Shown: positions 1 through 8,799, numbered from the stretch's first letter. The stretch is DNA of 21,474 nucleotides from Bdellovibrionota bacterium (GCA_044345055.1 JBIJBT010000049.1:1-21474); one strand, 5' to 3'. Numbers and translations: made by a program. Notes: generated by a model from the sequence alone, not told the origin.

Positions 1-650
1 ACCACCCTCACCTGCCACTCCGCGATATTCTCACGGAGCAATGCGCCACTTATCCGCACTACCCGATCACCATCACCAAGAAGAGCCACATCGCGCGGCT
101 CGACCGATCCATCGCTCCGAATCGTTTCAAAAATTCGGGTAACTTCTGCGATCCGGATATGCCCCTGCACCGTTGCTTCACGCCCGACACCGCGAATCGC
201 GGGGAAAATTTCACTGACCTCGCTGTTTGCCGCGTATATTTTCCCTGCATGAGTCAACAATAAAACCCCAACCGGCAAGGTATCAAGAATCGCAATCCGC
301 GCTGCCTCTCCCTTCTTCAGCTCAGCCTCGCACCGCATCAGGTCGTGAGAGATGTCACGAAAAATCCGTGACAAAAAATCGATCCGCGAAACCGCATCAA
401 TCTGTAACCTCGCATCAATTGGTGCTACCTCGGCAAAGACGGGAGTATTGAGTATTTGAGATAAATGAGCCGTCAATCGCCGGTATCGGAGATGAAAAAA
501 AACAGCAACTGCTATGCTGGCCGCAGCGAAAATGGCGGTCAATGATGTTGGGCTAATACCAAGAAAGACGACTCCACCTGCTAAAACCGCTGCAAGTGTG
601 GGAGCTTCTGTGAGAGTATTCAGAATAACTGATTGAGCCCTCTTTATCAT
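1..650 (-). CDS. Membrane sensor protein, N-terminal part (two TM segments, linker, PAS domain); probably a PhoR-like histidine kinase. Runs off the window edge.
   Basis: Not in the ORF track. Hand translation from ATG at 650 gives 216 codons with no stop: MIKRAQSVILNTLTEAPTLAAVLAGGVVFLGISPTSLTAIFAAASIAVAVFFHLRYRR...AILDTLPVGVLLLTHAGKIYAANSEV..., a typical PAS start. The kinase core is not visible. Confidence 0.75.
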   Translation of the reverse strand, partial: MIKRAQSVILNTLTEAPTLAAVLAGGVVFLGISPTSLTAIFAAASIAVAVFFHLRYRRLTAHLSQILNTPVFAEVAPIDARLQIDAVSRIDFLSRIFRDISHDLMRCEAELKKGEAARIAILDTLPVGVLLLTHAGKIYAANSEVSEIFPAIRGVGREATVQGHIRIAEVTRIFETIRSDGSVEPRDVALLGDGDRVVRISGALLRENIAEWQVRV

Positions 651-756
651 TCGATATTACCTTGAATTAACTCACTATTTTTCTTTTATTATCGTATAGT
701 TTATCATCAATTTTTTTTGATATTGCTGTTCTTGTCTCTCTTTTTACTGAATTAAC
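651..756. promoter_or_regulatory. AT-rich divergent promoter region between the sensor gene and ridA
   Basis: Very AT-rich spacer between divergent starts, containing a TATAGT -10-like hexamer. Confidence 0.4.
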
Positions 757-1143
757 ATGAAACACCTCACCGACATCCCCAACACACCTCTCCCCGTTGG
801 CCCCTACAGCATCGCAGTTGCTGCAAATGGCTTTCTCTTCACGAGTGGTCAGATCGGGCTAGTACCTGAAACCGGAGCGCTTGCTGGTGCCGATGTTGTC
901 TCACAAACAGAGCAGGTTCTTCGTAACCTTACCGCCGTACTCAGCGCAAGTGGTTGTTCGTTTAATGATGTTGTAAAAGCGACGATTTTTTTGACCGATC
1001 TGAATGACTTTGCGGTGGTCAACGAACTGTATAGCCGAGCCCTCGGCGATGCTAGACCCGCGCGATCAACTATACAGGTTGCCGCACTACCGAAGGGAGC
1101 AGTGGTTGAGATAGAACTCATTGCGGCGATAAAAGAGTACTGA
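757..1143 (+). CDS. ridA: RidA/YjgF family enamine/imine deaminase
   Basis: 128 aa with GPYS, SGQI, VVKATIFL and PARSTIQVAALPKGAVVEIE motifs, including the catalytic Arg. Confidence 0.92.
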   Translation: MKHLTDIPNTPLPVGPYSIAVAANGFLFTSGQIGLVPETGALAGADVVSQTEQVLRNLTAVLSASGCSFNDVVKATIFLTDLNDFAVVNELYSRALGDARPARSTIQVAALPKGAVVEIELIAAIKEY

Positions 1144-1167
1144 GATAAATAGTGCTCTCTAATGAAA

Positions 1168-2037
1168 TCACTTTCCGGGCGCGGGTATCGCTTCAGCGAG
1201 CCGCGCGAACTCCTCTATATTGAGGGTCTCAGCCCGACGATCGCCATCAATTCCCGAACGCTCAAGCGCCTCATCGATCACTCCTGGGGGTACAAGAGAT
1301 GCCGCTTTTAGGCTATTTCTTAGCTTTTTGCGGCGCGCGTGGAAAGCACCCTGCACAACTCGACGGAACCAGAAAGGATCACCAACAGCAACACGTGGAC
1401 TCGGGAGAAACTTGAGCATTATGACCTGCGACTCGACCTGAGTTGTAGGTTGAAAGCATGTACCCGGAACGCGAGGCCCTAGCGTTACATCACTCCAGAG
1501 CTGCGCCATTACACTCAAAACGCCATAGGAGCGAGAGCCGGGTGCCGAGGCAACCCGCTCTGCAAACTCTCGTTGCAACAAAAGAACTGCGCGCGAAACT
1601 GAGGGAATTGATGCAATAAGGTGAAAAATAATATCTGAAGAAAACACATACGGAAGATTACCGAACACCGTATACGGCCCCTCAAGCTGAGTGATATCAA
1701 TCGAGCGCACATCTCCCTCTATCACTTCAGCATCAGGAAATCGTTTCTCTAACGCACGACAAAAGGAAGGCTCAATTTCTATCAGGGTAAGCGATGCGCC
1801 ACCCTGTAATCGCTCGGTCAACGCACCAAGCCCAGGACCTATCTCAAGAATATTTTCGTGCGAAAGAGGCGCACCGAACGAGACAATCTTTTCGATAACG
1901 GAAGGGTCAACAACGAAGTTCTGCCCACGCTCCTTGCGAGGCGAAACACGATGTGCACGAAGAGATCGCGCTACATCACGCCGCGCGTCCGATCCTTCAT
2001 CTCGCTTTCGATTTTTTTTTTCTGATATGTTTCGCAT
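1168..2037 (-). CDS. rsmA: 16S rRNA adenine dimethyltransferase RsmA/KsgA
   Basis: GQNF, EIGPGLG (SAM binding), NLPY, RRKKLRN and RAETL motifs. Confidence 0.96.
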   Translation of the reverse strand: MRNISEKKNRKRDEGSDARRDVARSLRAHRVSPRKERGQNFVVDPSVIEKIVSFGAPLSHENILEIGPGLGALTERLQGGASLTLIEIEPSFCRALEKRFPDAEVIEGDVRSIDITQLEGPYTVFGNLPYVFSSDIIFHLIASIPSVSRAVLLLQREFAERVASAPGSRSYGVLSVMAQLWSDVTLGPRVPGTCFQPTTQVESQVIMLKFLPSPRVAVGDPFWFRRVVQGAFHARRKKLRNSLKAASLVPPGVIDEALERSGIDGDRRAETLNIEEFARLAEAIPAPGK

Positions 2038-2091
2038 ACTGAATTCCTAACTGATCCACCCTATTCGGTAACCTTTTTTTTCCCAATTAAT

Positions 2092-3138
2092 TTAACCGGG
2101 CCGCCGCATCTCCTCAATCGGCCACCGGCTCAACACGGATGCGCGGGATGCAAGTCGTTCACCCGCCGCAAGACGGCACGCTCCCACGAGCGCTATCATA
2201 ACCGCATTATCGGTGCAGTAACGCTTTTCAGCAAAAAAAGGGGGCGGTAAATTTTTCTCACGCAGTGCCCGCTCTAATCCCAATCGTAAACCCCGATTTG
2301 CAGCCACTCCGCCAGCTACAGCGACTCTTGAAAGAGATCGTTGAGAGAGCGCTTCGAGCGTTTTTCTAACGAGGACCTCAACGATCGTTTGCTCGATTGT
2401 AAAAGAAAGCTCAGCGCAACACGCCTTATCGAGACCATCCCATTCACGCCGGACTAATTGAGCAACAGCTGTTTTTAGGCCTGAAAAGCTCATACCCGCC
2501 CGCTCAAGCATAACTCGCGGAAGCACAAAGCGGCTCGATGTAACTCCCTCAGCTGCACGCGAAAGAGCCGCACCTCCCGGATAATCAAATCCTAAAAGAG
2601 CGGCCGCTTTATCAAATGCCTCTCCCGCCGCATCATCCATCGTGCGCGATACAATTCGGTAATCACCCGGAGCATTCGCCTCAACAAGCTCGGTGTGGCC
2701 CCCTGAAACAACAAGACCCAAAAAGGGAAAGTCTAGTGCGGAGTGCGAGAGAAGAGGCGATAAAAGATGGCCCTCGATATGATTAACACCCACGAGCGGT
2801 TTATTTGCCGCAGCAGCAACACCCTTTGCAAATGAAAACCCCATCAAGAGCGCGCCTTTAAGGCCTGGCCCCTGAGTTACGGCTATGCCATCGATTTCGT
2901 TTATAGAAAGGGAAGCCTCAGTTAGAATATCATCCAATAACAACGGCAAAGATCGAAGGTGCTCTCTAGCTGCTATCTCAGGAACAACTCCGCCGTAGAG
3001 CTGATGCACCGGAATCTGCGACGAGACTCGCTCTGCGATAACCGATATCGAGCCGACCGTGTCGGGCTTACCGTTTTCATAACGAACAATCGCAAGCGCT
3101 GTCTCATCACAGCTTGTCTCGATCCCTAACACCAGCAT
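2092..3138 (-). CDS. tsaD: tRNA t6A37 threonylcarbamoyltransferase TsaD
   Basis: GIETSCDET, GGVVPE, HIEGH, VSGGHT, DDAAGEAFDK, GGVAAN and TDNA motifs. Confidence 0.97.
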   Translation of the reverse strand: MLVLGIETSCDETALAIVRYENGKPDTVGSISVIAERVSSQIPVHQLYGGVVPEIAAREHLRSLPLLLDDILTEASLSINEIDGIAVTQGPGLKGALLMGFSFAKGVAAAANKPLVGVNHIEGHLLSPLLSHSALDFPFLGLVVSGGHTELVEANAPGDYRIVSRTMDDAAGEAFDKAAALLGFDYPGGAALSRAAEGVTSSRFVLPRVMLERAGMSFSGLKTAVAQLVRREWDGLDKACCAELSFTIEQTIVEVLVRKTLEALSQRSLSRVAVAGGVAANRGLRLGLERALREKNLPPPFFAEKRYCTDNAVMIALVGACRLAAGERLASRASVLSRWPIEEMRRPG

Positions 3139-3189
3139 TGATAATTTTAACTCCTAAAGACCAGATCCATTGATGAATGAATTGTTCAA

Positions 3190-4086
3190 TCAGTTGATTG
3201 AACTGCGCAGGTATGTTGCGATCGCCATCAGATCGTCCTCTTTTGCTTCACTATAAAAATTAACGGGGCAAAATCGTTTATCAACTCGTTTGCCGTTAGC
3301 CGTTTCTCCTTTTTTGAGAAACTGCACTATTGAGCTCTCTGACCACCGCGAGATGCCCGCGCCTCCCCGTCTTAATAGACTCGGCGCCGTTCGCTCCCCC
3401 GATTCAGTGTGAATAGTTCTTCCTCCTCCAAGAGAGACACCATCGGAGAACAATCCGGAAACTCCATCGTGACAAACTCCGCAGCGAGCGACATTTTCAA
3501 CTAGATATTTTCCGTAATCAGCTTTGAAGCGGCGCGGAATCGTTGGGATGTAACCCCGAACCTCGTGTTCGCCCTCGAAGAAACCATCCACATTACGCGC
3601 GTACCATCCAACAGAGCGTCTCTCAACAGTGGACACCACTGGCGGCACAGTTCGGATATAGGCGACGATTGCAGCAAGATCTTCATCAGCCATCCACTCG
3701 TATCCACGATGAACATCGAGAGAGATGTGGCGATCATCGGTTGCCCAGCCACCCCGAAGAACCCGGAAGATATCGGCAGTTGTGGTTGAACCGATCCCCG
3801 TTCTTCGATCGGATGTGATGTTTGCAGCTTTTACCTCGCCGTACCGATCGTGAAATGGAAGCCCGCCAGAGAGGGGAGCATCAGGGGAGCGAGCGCGACC
3901 GTGGCAAAACCCGCAGCTTGCTAATCCATGAACCAACTCTTTCCCCCGCTCAATCGTTGCTGCATCGTTAGGAAGAGCAATCGGATCGCGCGGAACATGA
4001 GTGCAGCTAATTATCCCTATAACAATTAACGCAGCGAATATGACATTACGTGCACGGGGCACCAACTCCGAGTGAAAGGAAGACAT
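3190..4086 (-). CDS. Diheme c-type cytochrome, predicted lipoprotein
   Basis: Lipobox-like IIS-C after a hydrophobic stretch. Two CxxCH motifs (CGFCH, CGVCH). Two repeated domains ending DEDLAAIVAYIR and EDDLMAIATYLR. Confidence 0.85.
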   Translation of the reverse strand: MSSFHSELVPRARNVIFAALIVIGIISCTHVPRDPIALPNDAATIERGKELVHGLASCGFCHGRARSPDAPLSGGLPFHDRYGEVKAANITSDRRTGIGSTTTADIFRVLRGGWATDDRHISLDVHRGYEWMADEDLAAIVAYIRTVPPVVSTVERRSVGWYARNVDGFFEGEHEVRGYIPTIPRRFKADYGKYLVENVARCGVCHDGVSGLFSDGVSLGGGRTIHTESGERTAPSLLRRGGAGISRWSESSIVQFLKKGETANGKRVDKRFCPVNFYSEAKEDDLMAIATYLRSSIN

Positions 4087-4224
4087 ATAGAGACCCTAAA
4101 ATTCGGCGAGCCGATGAATCGGGCATCACGATATACCGCACGTACCCTCAGGACAAGGGCAGATGAGTAAAGGTCTCGAAGGATTTGGTCGGCAAACCGC
4201 TCTACGGGGTTGCCCGGTTAGCCG

Positions 4225-4854
4225 TTAGCCGTTAGCTCGTTTTTTGACTGAGCGTATATCCTCCGGAGCATCGCCCTCGAGGAGCTCGGATAAATGACGC
4301 TGCAACGAAATCCTCGCACGATGCAATCGCGATTTAACAGCAGGCACTGAGATGCCCAACATCTCACTCACCTCAAGGCTTGAAAACCCGTCTACATCAC
4401 GCAAAATAAATACAGGTCGATAATCCTTGGGAAGCTCCTCTATCGCCGCTGTCAACGCCTCGCGCAGCTCACTGCGACGACGAAACGATTCACCTTCAGA
4501 GTTAAATGTATTTACCCGATTCGGAACCGCTAAAACCTGCGACATCATATCCTCCATCGAGATACTTTTGTCCTGTCGCCGTTTACGTAAACGCATCAAA
4601 GCGCAGTTCAAGGTAACTCGATAAATCCAGCTCGAAAATGATGATTGCCCACGAAATGCGGTAATTTTACGCATTACCGAGACAAACACCTCCTGCATCA
4701 CATCTTCGGCATCTTCTTTATGCTTGGTTACCCGATTTGCGAGAGTAAAGACCCTCATCGAATAACGATTTACTAATTCCTCAAAAGCGAGGGGGTTTTC
4801 AGCCTGAATTCCTTCAACCAACTCGTCATCCGACATATCCTGCAGCGTATCCAT
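4225..4854 (-). CDS. ECF (sigma70 group 4) RNA polymerase sigma factor
   Basis: Region 2 (DAEDVMQEVF, FSSWIYRV) and region 4 (VKSRLHRAR). Start moved to ATG 4854, which follows a GGGAG RBS (209 aa). Confidence 0.92.
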   Translation of the reverse strand: MDTLQDMSDDELVEGIQAENPLAFEELVNRYSMRVFTLANRVTKHKEDAEDVMQEVFVSVMRKITAFRGQSSFSSWIYRVTLNCALMRLRKRRQDKSISMEDMMSQVLAVPNRVNTFNSEGESFRRRSELREALTAAIEELPKDYRPVFILRDVDGFSSLEVSEMLGISVPAVKSRLHRARISLQRHLSELLEGDAPEDIRSVKKRANG

Positions 4855-4891
4855 GCTCCCCCCAAAAAAACACCAGACAGGCTGGAAGAGC

Positions 4892-4907
4892 ATCAATTCC
4901 TATGCCA
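4892..4907 (-). promoter_or_regulatory. Putative sigma54 (-24/-12) promoter of the ECF sigma gene
   Basis: Minus strand reads TGGCATA-GGAA-TTGAT versus consensus TGGCACG-N4-TTGCW: correct spacing, GA instead of GC at -12. An IHF-like AAACAATTAGTTA lies at 4970-4982 in an AT-rich tract. Confidence 0.5.
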
Positions 4908-5153
4908 AAGGGGATAGAATGGAGTTAGAGCGGATGACTAAATAAAAAAACAGCAACAATATGCTGTATAAACAATTAGTTATAAATAACAAAGAGAAGA
5001 AGTCTTTAGGTGTGTAAATGCTGAGTTTAGCGGAGAAAGCACCATCGACCTCCGTTACCTCGGCAATAAAGACCATGCCGAGACGAAATATGAAGCGCGC
5101 TATGTCACGAGATTGGCAACACAGCACGCATTAAACGGTGGCTCGAAATCGGA

Positions 5154-5657
5154 CTATGATGGCATAGCTCGCACAAACGCCATCCGCAAACTGTGCAATA
5201 CCTCCTCCATCAACCGCTCTTCATCGGTAGAGAGGTTTCCTTTTGTTTTAGCTTTCAGCACTGAGATTATATCGATCGTCTGTTTTGCAGCGGCGATATC
5301 TTTTTGAACGCTTATTCCAGCCGGTGGCATTTCGAGCCCAAGCTGCCAAAACGCCTGAGTAGCCAGCGAAATAATAAAAGAGGCAAAATCAAGTCCAGGA
5401 GCAATCTCCTCTTCTCTTCGGAGCGCACTTGCTCCTTTTTCCTCTGATTTTTCCTCAACCGATCTGCGCGGCTCCTCTACCTTGGCCCCAGAGGATTCTT
5501 TCTGCGGCGCAGCACTTGGCCCCGTTTGCACCCCAGCTCCAACAACTTGAGCTCCACCTTTTCGCTCCTCTGTTTCGCTTCGTTCAACCCCAGAGGAATC
5601 AAATCGCCGTTTATCGCGAACAGTAAATCCCGTAGCCTCTCCGTCCTGCTCTCCCAT
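5154..5657 (-). CDS. DUF1844 domain protein
   Basis: N-terminal FTVRDKRRF, then DFASFIISLATQA...AKQTIDIISVLKAKTKGNL..EERL..VLHSLRMAFV. ATG 5657 follows GGAGG. Confidence 0.85.
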   Translation of the reverse strand: MGEQDGEATGFTVRDKRRFDSSGVERSETEERKGGAQVVGAGVQTGPSAAPQKESSGAKVEEPRRSVEEKSEEKGASALRREEEIAPGLDFASFIISLATQAFWQLGLEMPPAGISVQKDIAAAKQTIDIISVLKAKTKGNLSTDEERLMEEVLHSLRMAFVRAMPS

Positions 5658-5820
5658 GATCCTTGCCTCCGATAGCCGCACTCTTTTTCAATTAGACCGT
5701 CCCATTCGACGGCCCAACTGTTTCAATCAACGCCCCAGGTTAAACTGGACACCCTGATATTGTTTAAGGATCTGGGCTATCTTTGTAAAGGGGCCGATGC
5801 TTTTCGTTCATTTTTGAGGG

Positions 5821-5848
5821 TAAATTACTTTCATCAAATTGCCGAATG
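5821..5848 (+). promoter_or_regulatory. Possible sigma28 (FliA) promoter upstream of the DsbA-family gene
   Basis: TAAA-N16-GCCGAATG. A further GCCGATAA at 5941-5948 lacks a correctly spaced -35. Confidence 0.35.
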
Positions 5849-6022
5849 AAAAGATGCCCCGAAATATGGCTCCTCGAGAACTTTGTTGTCGACTGTCGGC
5901 GGCGGTGTTACCCTAGGCGGAGTTTTTCAAGGTGCTTTACGCCGATAACAATGGGTATGTTCGTCTGCTTGCACACAGTCAGTGCATTTCGGCTACTATT
6001 TATAACTTTAGGAGCTTTTCTC

Positions 6023-6787
6023 ATGCGTTTTCGCAAATTTAATCTCGCTGCATTGTCATCCTCTTTTCTCTCAACTGCTGCGTTAGGGTTACTAGTCTCC
6101 ATCCCAACATCTGCCCACGCTCAGGTTGACCCTGCTTTTGCAGGTCAGATGAAGCAGTATCTCGAATCTGTTGATGGTCGTGCCGCGTTGGTTACGGCTA
6201 TGAAGCGTGCTGCGCAAGAAGAAGAAGTGCGGGCAAAAGAAGAGGCGCTCGAGGCATCGTTTAAGAATCGAGAAGATGTCGCTGTTGGAGCAAGCCCGGT
6301 AAAGGGTAACGCCGCGGCGAAGATAACGCTTATTGAGTTTTCTGATTTCGAATGTCCTTATTGCAGTCGGGGTAATCAAACCGCTCAACAGGTGCTTAAG
6401 GCTTATCCAAACGATGTAAAGATCGTTTTCAAGAACCTCCCTCTCCCATTCCACAACGAGGCTGAACCAGCTGCAAAGGCAGCTCTTGCTGCAGGAAAAC
6501 AGGGCAAGTTTTGGGAATTCCATGACGAACTCTTCGCCAATCAGCAAAAGCTCGGCGACGCTTTCTATGAGGAAACAGCAAAGAAGCTTGGACTAAAAGT
6601 TGATCAGTGGAAAAAAGACCTTGCATCTCCAGAGATAGCTGCTGCGGTTAAAGCCGATAAAGACGAAGCAGAACGTCATGAAGTTCGCGGAACTCCAGGC
6701 TTTTTCGTAAACGGAATCAGGGTCGCCGGGGCGTATCCTTTTGAGCACTTCAAATCGATTGTCGATCGGCTATTGGCTGAAAAATAA
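6023..6787 (+). CDS. DsbA-family (thioredoxin fold) periplasmic thiol-disulfide oxidoreductase
   Basis: Start moved to ATG 6023 (AGGAG RBS). Signal peptide ending AHA-Q, FSDFECPYC active site, GTP cis-Pro loop. Confidence 0.9.
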   Translation: MRFRKFNLAALSSSFLSTAALGLLVSIPTSAHAQVDPAFAGQMKQYLESVDGRAALVTAMKRAAQEEEVRAKEEALEASFKNREDVAVGASPVKGNAAAKITLIEFSDFECPYCSRGNQTAQQVLKAYPNDVKIVFKNLPLPFHNEAEPAAKAALAAGKQGKFWEFHDELFANQQKLGDAFYEETAKKLGLKVDQWKKDLASPEIAAAVKADKDEAERHEVRGTPGFFVNGIRVAGAYPFEHFKSIVDRLLAEK

Positions 6788-6811
6788 TTGTTAAAAAATA
6801 ACAATAAGACA

Positions 6812-6859
6812 AGCGCTTTACCGCGATCACAATTTTGTTTCTGCCCGCGGTAAAGCGCT
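6812..6859. repeat. Perfect 14-bp inverted repeat between convergent genes (REP-like element or bidirectional terminator)
   Basis: AGCGCTTTACCGCG (6812-6825), 20-nt loop, CGCGGTAAAGCGCT (6846-6859). Confidence 0.75.
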
Positions 6860-6862
6860 AAT

Positions 6863-8047
6863 TCAAAGAACTCGCTCAAGTATCCCGACTCCTGCCTCAA
6901 GCACTGATCTCGGGGTCAAGAGCGAGAACGCTGCAAAAACCCCCGCCCCTTCCACACCGTAGAAATGCCCAGGGTGTATGGCGAGCCCCTCTCGGGCAGC
7001 TCGGACGAACAGCTCTTCTTCGTCGCAATACCTACCCGTCCTCTTTCTTGTCTCTATCTCAGCAAACACCATCCACCCGCCCTGTGGAGGCACTGGTTTT
7101 ATCCAGGAATAGCCGTCTAACGCAGTCATCGTCATTCGGTATTGAATATCGAGTGCTTCTTTAATCGCACCAAGATACTCGATTCCTCCTCCCTTCATCA
7201 TCGCAGTCATTAAACACTGACTTAATCCAGAGCAGCTTAAGAGCAGATCATTTGCGTAGAGCAAGGCTTCGCCACACCGAGACCACGCCGCATCGTTGTA
7301 CACCATCCAACCCACTTTGAGATCGGGTGAACAAAAACTCTTTGATATGCCATTCAGTAGAATGACGGGGTAATCGCTCTCAAGAGCAGCCCCGTGAAAG
7401 GTGCGATTTTCGCCAAAGAGAGCACCCGCAAATACTTCATCAATGATTAGGGGAGGCTGATACGGGAGCGGCTTTAAAAGGGTAATAAGGTCTTTAAGCT
7501 CTTTTGCAGAGGCGATGGTGCCGGTTGGATTATTGGGGCTTACAAGAACAATTGCCGCTATCGAGGGATCGAGAAAACCCTCAAAAGAGGTGGGCGAATA
7601 TCGCCACTGATCGTATCGTCGAAGAGGAACGGCACGTGTTTGAATTGCTCGCTGAGCTGTAAATTCCTCTAGCAGTGGATATGAGGGGCTAGGCACTAAA
7701 AGGGTGCTTCCTTGCTTGCACAAACACTGAATAAGAAGCTGATAACTCTCAGAGGTGCTCGCGGTGATTATGATTCGATCGGTCTCTATTGCAAGCTGAT
7801 GATGAACCTTGTACCACTCCGCAATCGCCTCGCGCGCACTCGGCAACCCGTGAGGATCGGGCTCGTATCTGCGTTGAAAAAAATAGCGGCGACTTGCCTC
7901 GATTAGTGGCTCCGAGGGAAATGTTGGCAAAATGCCTACTGGATTTGCTGCTGAAAGATCAATTATCGGCTCACCCCTCTCCCGACGGCCCGATAATTCT
8001 TGGGCGATGCAATTAAGATTTGGCCCATTCTCGCTATATTTTTCCAT
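6863..8047 (-). CDS. PLP-dependent aminotransferase class I/II family protein
   Basis: PSPSY, SPNNPTG, IIDEVF and GISKS (PLP-binding Lys) motifs. Confidence 0.88.
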   Translation of the reverse strand: MEKYSENGPNLNCIAQELSGRRERGEPIIDLSAANPVGILPTFPSEPLIEASRRYFFQRRYEPDPHGLPSAREAIAEWYKVHHQLAIETDRIIITASTSESYQLLIQCLCKQGSTLLVPSPSYPLLEEFTAQRAIQTRAVPLRRYDQWRYSPTSFEGFLDPSIAAIVLVSPNNPTGTIASAKELKDLITLLKPLPYQPPLIIDEVFAGALFGENRTFHGAALESDYPVILLNGISKSFCSPDLKVGWMVYNDAAWSRCGEALLYANDLLLSCSGLSQCLMTAMMKGGGIEYLGAIKEALDIQYRMTMTALDGYSWIKPVPPQGGWMVFAEIETRKRTGRYCDEEELFVRAAREGLAIHPGHFYGVEGAGVFAAFSLLTPRSVLEAGVGILERVL

Positions 8048-8081
8048 CAGTGTGTTCCAACCTATTTTCTCCTTTTTGTTA

Positions 8082-8720
8082 TCATCTCCCCATGATGCTC
8101 CGGTGACCGTGAATCGACACGATCACATGATCAAGGAGGGTGATACCGAGCAGCTCTCCTGCCTGTTTTATCCGCTCAGTTATCGAGATATCTTGAGGAC
8201 TCGGAGAAAGATCACCCGATGGGTGATTATGAGCTAGAATTATCGCGCAGGCTCTATCTGTAATAGCATCGCTGAAAACCTCACGCGGGTGCAAATGACA
8301 CATATTTGCTAACCCGACCGTTATCACCCGCGTTGCGATAACCTCGTTCGCTCCATTTAGAGAGATGCATACCAGATGCTCCTGCTTGGCATTGCTGATA
8401 AAACCGATTAGTGGCGACACGTCGTTTGAGCTTTTTACCCGATACCCCCTTGGCGCAATCCTTCGTCGAGAAAACTCCAGAGCCGCCTCGAGTTGGGCTG
8501 CTTTTGCAGAGCCTATCCCCTTTATCGTCCTGAGAGCAGCTTTCAGGTTGCCGTCAGAGGGGCCATTAAACATCTCCAAAACGACTTCAGAGATCTGCGA
8601 AACGTGCCGGCCTTTTGTGCCACTCCCTAGAATTACGGAGAGTAGCTCTACATCGGAGAGCGCCTCAGCTCCTCTTTGAAGCAGTTTTTCTCTCGGTTGC
8701 GGGGACAGAACAGGGTGCAT
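8082..8720 (-). CDS. radC: RadC family JAB/MPN domain protein
   Basis: PREKLL..GAEALSD.ELL, HhH-like KGIGSAKA, HPREVF, HNHPSGD..PS..D and LLDHVI motifs. Confidence 0.93.
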   Translation of the reverse strand: MHPVLSPQPREKLLQRGAEALSDVELLSVILGSGTKGRHVSQISEVVLEMFNGPSDGNLKAALRTIKGIGSAKAAQLEAALEFSRRRIAPRGYRVKSSNDVSPLIGFISNAKQEHLVCISLNGANEVIATRVITVGLANMCHLHPREVFSDAITDRACAIILAHNHPSGDLSPSPQDISITERIKQAGELLGITLLDHVIVSIHGHRSIMGR

Positions 8721-8729
8721 AGCTGATAA

Positions 8730-8799
8730 TCTCTCGAACTTAAGGGTAGAATTTTGAAAGCCATTTTTTTTTATGGCTTACCTTTTATCGTTCGAGAGA
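8730..8799 (-). promoter_or_regulatory. Long imperfect hairpin in the radC leader covering the RBS
   Basis: TCTCTCGAAC (8730-8739) pairs with GTTCGAGAGA (8790-8799). Inner AAGCCAT/ATGGCTT stem encloses a T8 loop. Confidence 0.5.

Noticed and set aside
59..451. Short ORFs 59-250 (-) and 227-451 (+)
   Set aside because: They are shadows of the longer TM+PAS frame at 1-650 (-).
4217..4237. GTTAGCC-like 7-mer repeated three times at the ECF stop codon
   Set aside because: Too short; most likely a local slippage duplication.
4900..5127. 75-aa minus-strand ORF upstream of the ECF sigma gene
   Set aside because: Its hydrophobicity comes from an AT-rich tract, it overlaps the putative sigma54/IHF region, and it has no convincing RBS.
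5846..6022. N-terminal extension of the DsbA-family ORF
   Set aside because: The RBS and signal peptide indicate a start at 6023.
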